A DNA stretch of 64,000 bases. Source: Macrostomum lignano (taxonomy: Eukaryota). The DNA lies in assembly GCA_002269645.1 (NCBI GenBank), contig NIVC01000362.1, forward strand, positions 372,001 to 436,000. Direction: 5' to 3'. The stretch's first letter is position 1; each line of letters begins with the position of its first letter. Positions 60,780 through 64,000 of the stretch are shown here, one piece after another. The translations under genes were made by a program, and so were the position numbers. The notes beneath the pieces are model-generated. The model did no database searches. It saw nothing but the letters and a program-made list of their open reading frames with translations, and had not been told where the DNA came from.

Positions 60780-62729
60780 TCACGGTCCCATTCGCCTTGA
60801 GCGGGAAATGGAATCCCCTGACTCGGGTCCAGAAGCAGCAGTTGAAGTTCGCTTTCTCGCCCGTGTCTCCTCCCTGGCCAGCTGATTGAGATGGTCTCGT
60901 ACAGACTTCCAGATTTCGTGGAAGTCGTAGCCAGATGTTCGATAGCACAATTGAAGCAAACCTGAAAATTCACGAGTATAGTAAAATATTTTTACAATAG
61001 ACATTGTGTACTGTGTTTATAGTAGAAATAGGCTAAATTTAAAAGGAAGTTGATTTATGATGCTAATCATTAAATAGGTCAATGGGATGTATTGAACTTT
61101 AGAACTATTTTTCCTCAATTTCTTTTATCTCAGACCTAAATGTGTTTTTTTAGAAAATATCCCAAGTATTGGATTCAGATCATTTAGCATTAATTAGCCT
61201 AAATTGCTTTATAATAAAAAAATTGCACAAAACTGTGAAAAAATTATATATATATATTTACGTTGAAACTCTGTCACATGCTCAGATGGAGCAGGCCTTC
61301 GGGAACTGCGAGCACCACAGGATGAATCGATTATATGCTCAAGCAAGTAGCCTTCGCCAAATCGCAGCTTGATATACCTTCGGAGGAACACCTTAGGATC
61401 GTTGCAAAGAATTGAAGACAGCTCAGCTAGGGAACCATCAATGCACCTAAATTCCTAAAAAATGTTATTATATAGTAGAACTTTTATACTACAGACGTGA
61501 TGCTGCTGATGCTAAGAAAAAACTGACATACCTCATTTTGGTATTCTTTAATTGTTAGCATTCCACCAAAGTTGTCATCCTTTTTTAAAAGTCGGCATAT
61601 CCTTGCAGCAAGACGCTTCTCAAGAGAAAGCAACTCGGATTGAATGAACAGTTTTAGATCTAGAGTAAGATATATGCTCATATATAAAAATATGGTGATT
61701 TTGATTTTTAATAATGTGATTGTATCATATTAAAAAAATAAAATTATACCTTTCATTGTTGCATCCGATTCACTGTTTACTATCTGTACCCCTCGGAGGG
61801 GTTGCACTTCTTGAATTGCACCTAGTGATAAAAAAGGCTTATTGCTACAAAAATATTGACTCATTTGGTATTTGGTTTTCAATTAGGTGTAATAGAATAT
61901 ACAAACTTGATTCCAAGAGGCCTGTGGCACGAGCTTGCTCATTTTCAACCAAAGATGCCTCTCTCTCAAATGCAGAAATGGCTTTTTCTAAAAAATAATA
62001 ATTAATCAAAAATACAACAAAAAAAACAAATTGCAAACAATTAATAGTTCATATATATTGCAGTTTTACCCATTGATTGAGTAGCTGGTATCGCCAAATT
62101 TGGTTCGCCACTTTCACTATCCACTTCATAAAGCTCGTCAAGTAGTCCATGCTGATGACAACTAGAACTTGAAGCAACCTGCTTTGAACTAGATGACCTT
62201 ATTGTCCTTACATTTGCAATGCCAGCTTGGGGATCTTTCATTGCAAAAAGCTCAATAGCTTGGCTAATCAATGAATCAGTATTTTCAGCCTCACTAACCA
62301 AGTTGGAAAGTTGGTTCATAGTTGAAGCCATTTGCCTTTCACTACCTTTTGCCACAAGTGTAGCAGAAAATAGTTTGCCATACATGCGTAAAAAGACTTT
62401 AGTCCCCTAAAATATAATTTAATAAAGTAATATTACATTTGTAGTTGGAATAATTTGTTTTAGAAACCATGTACTCAATAACAAAATATTATGCATATAA
62501 ATCCAACTTAAAATCTTACTTGTGCAAGTTCCAACTTTTCATCATTAGTTATTGTACTTGGCCAATAGGGAGACCCAAATGCAATGGTCACATATTGCTC
62601 ATCATGGCCAACATTGTGAAGAATAAAGCAGAAAAACAATGCTGAATTGTCATTTCCAAATTTAGAAGTACTTTTTGTCTGCTTTCGAAGAGGCCTAGAA
62701 TTAGATGCACTTAATCCAATATCATCCAT
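60780..62729 (-). CDS. Six-exon transposon accessory gene, 376 aa, putative C-terminal BEN domain; join(62729..62520, 62406..62070, 61987..61907, 61659..61532, 61454..61262, 60961..60780)
   Basis: All introns are GT-AG, phases (0,1,1,0,1) are consistent, 1131 nt are open. The C-terminus DPKVFLRRYIKLRFGEGYLL...SCGARSSRRPAP...QRLLQLCY...EIWKSVRDHLNQLAREETRARK follows the BEN-domain helical pattern by eye. Confidence 0.75.
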
Positions 62730-64000
62730 AACAATTTGTTCTGAAAAAGTTTCACAAGGAGATAAGGTTTGAAGAATCAATCAAGAGGCCAATGACAAAC
62801 CAATTAGAATTGTATATAAAAAAAATTTAATGTAGGGACCCTAGGCCCCTATGATTTTAAATAAAAATTATAATATAAGGCCTAGGCCCTATATATAGGC
62901 CTATAATTATAAAGTTGTGCCATTGTGGATTTTCTGATACAAAGTAGACAATATTAGGCCTAATTGGGCCTAGTCTAGTCTAGTTTTGATTATAGACTGT
63001 ATATTAGATACAAAGGACATGAAAGGTCTCGAAATTAAGTACCAATTACCATAATATACTATTATTTTTTATTATTTTGAAACTGTCAGCCTACCATGTG
63101 ATTTTTATCATTAGGCTATGGCCTAGGTCTAGGATGCCACTTTAGACTAGGCCTTTGGCTTTGGTTAGGCCAACCTATCATTATAAAAATGCAGCAAAAT
63201 ATCATTCAAAAATATACATCTAACCCCTATAGGTTATCTTTGCATCCCAAATATAATATATAATAGGGTTTCTATTTTCTAATATATCTACAAATACAAT
63301 TTTCACTGAAGGAGTGAAGATCAAAATTAGCATGTCAAAAAACCTTACAAGCCACCGAATTTTAAAACTAGCTACCAAAAGTGGAACTGGAAGTATATAG
63401 CTAAGAAAAAACATAAACATAAACATAGCACATAGTGACACATAATGAAATGATGACAACATGCAAGAGTGACAGAGTCCTCTTAGAAAGGAAAAATAGG
63501 CCTAGTAATTTATGTTTATGGGAAGTTAAGTCCGTAATTAACTAAACCGAAACAAAATGGCCAACAAAATTGCTGGTAATATATTCAAAGCAATTTGTAG
63601 GTGAAGATTTTAACAAATTTATTAAACTATTTTTTGTATTTACAATTTCGCTTTTATTAAATATATTTAAAACTTTATTAGATATACATAAAATAGCCTG
63701 AAATTTTTTATAAGCTTAGTTATTTATTTTCCCGTATGAACTCCCTGACATGGATGATTTTACCATGGAAAGTTTTAAAAATCCATGCATGAAAATACCA
63801 TGAACATGCATGATTTATCAATGGATCATGGATCATAGATGATTTATCCATGATAAGAGAGTAGGGTATATATAGCTAAAAAAATTTAGCGGTACTTTCA
63901 ACCATGTGTGTGAATTTTTTTCGAGCGCAAAAAAGTGAAATGTACGAGTTTATGATGCTTTTAAGATTGCGATTACTTTAGCTATAGCGATTCCTTCTAA

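Larger units (their letters stand above)
57064..63866 (-). mobile_element. EnSpm/CACTA-like (CMC superfamily) DNA transposon, ~6.8 kb, apparently autonomous
   Basis: Ends CCCTACTCTC..CATGGATAAATCAT and ATGATTTATCCATG..GAGAGTAGGG, with TA on both flanks and CATG-rich subterminal repeats. Encloses an intact transposase and an intact spliced accessory gene. Confidence 0.8.

Overview
Eukaryotic (metazoan) genomic DNA, saturated with minisatellites and transposons. The style (GC-rich intron-poor coding exons, a different minisatellite in most introns) would fit a free-living flatworm such as Macrostomum, but that is inference only. Five host genes were reconstructed by hand, all on the minus strand: (1) a single-exon neuropeptide precursor with 11 dibasic-flanked, non-amidated F(Y/F/L)..[D/E]RF peptides (5388-5873); (2) FKBP4/FKBP52-like immunophilin, 2 coding exons (7453-10932); (3) RBBP6-like protein, 7 exons including a candidate 10-nt microexon (14254-24929); (4) RNASEK-like (34443-34742); (5) GLMP/NCU-G1-like lysosomal membrane protein whose signal-peptide exon I could not find (37035-39428). 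Mobile elements: a deleted mariner within a cluster of fold-back elements (1.3-2.7 kb); two tRNA-derived SINE families; a 5'-truncated RNase H-bearing LINE inserted into a satellite; a decayed 10.3-kb Ty3/Gypsy element (41171-51491) with a tRNA-Leu-type PBS, a GGGAAAC -1 frameshift site, an extra SIM-bearing ORF and one-sided CpG decay of its 3' LTR; and an apparently intact 6.8-kb EnSpm/CMC-type DNA transposon (57064-63866) with a 766-aa transposase and a six-exon accessory gene that looks like a BEN-domain protein. All alignments, counts and exon phases were done by eye; no database searches were run.
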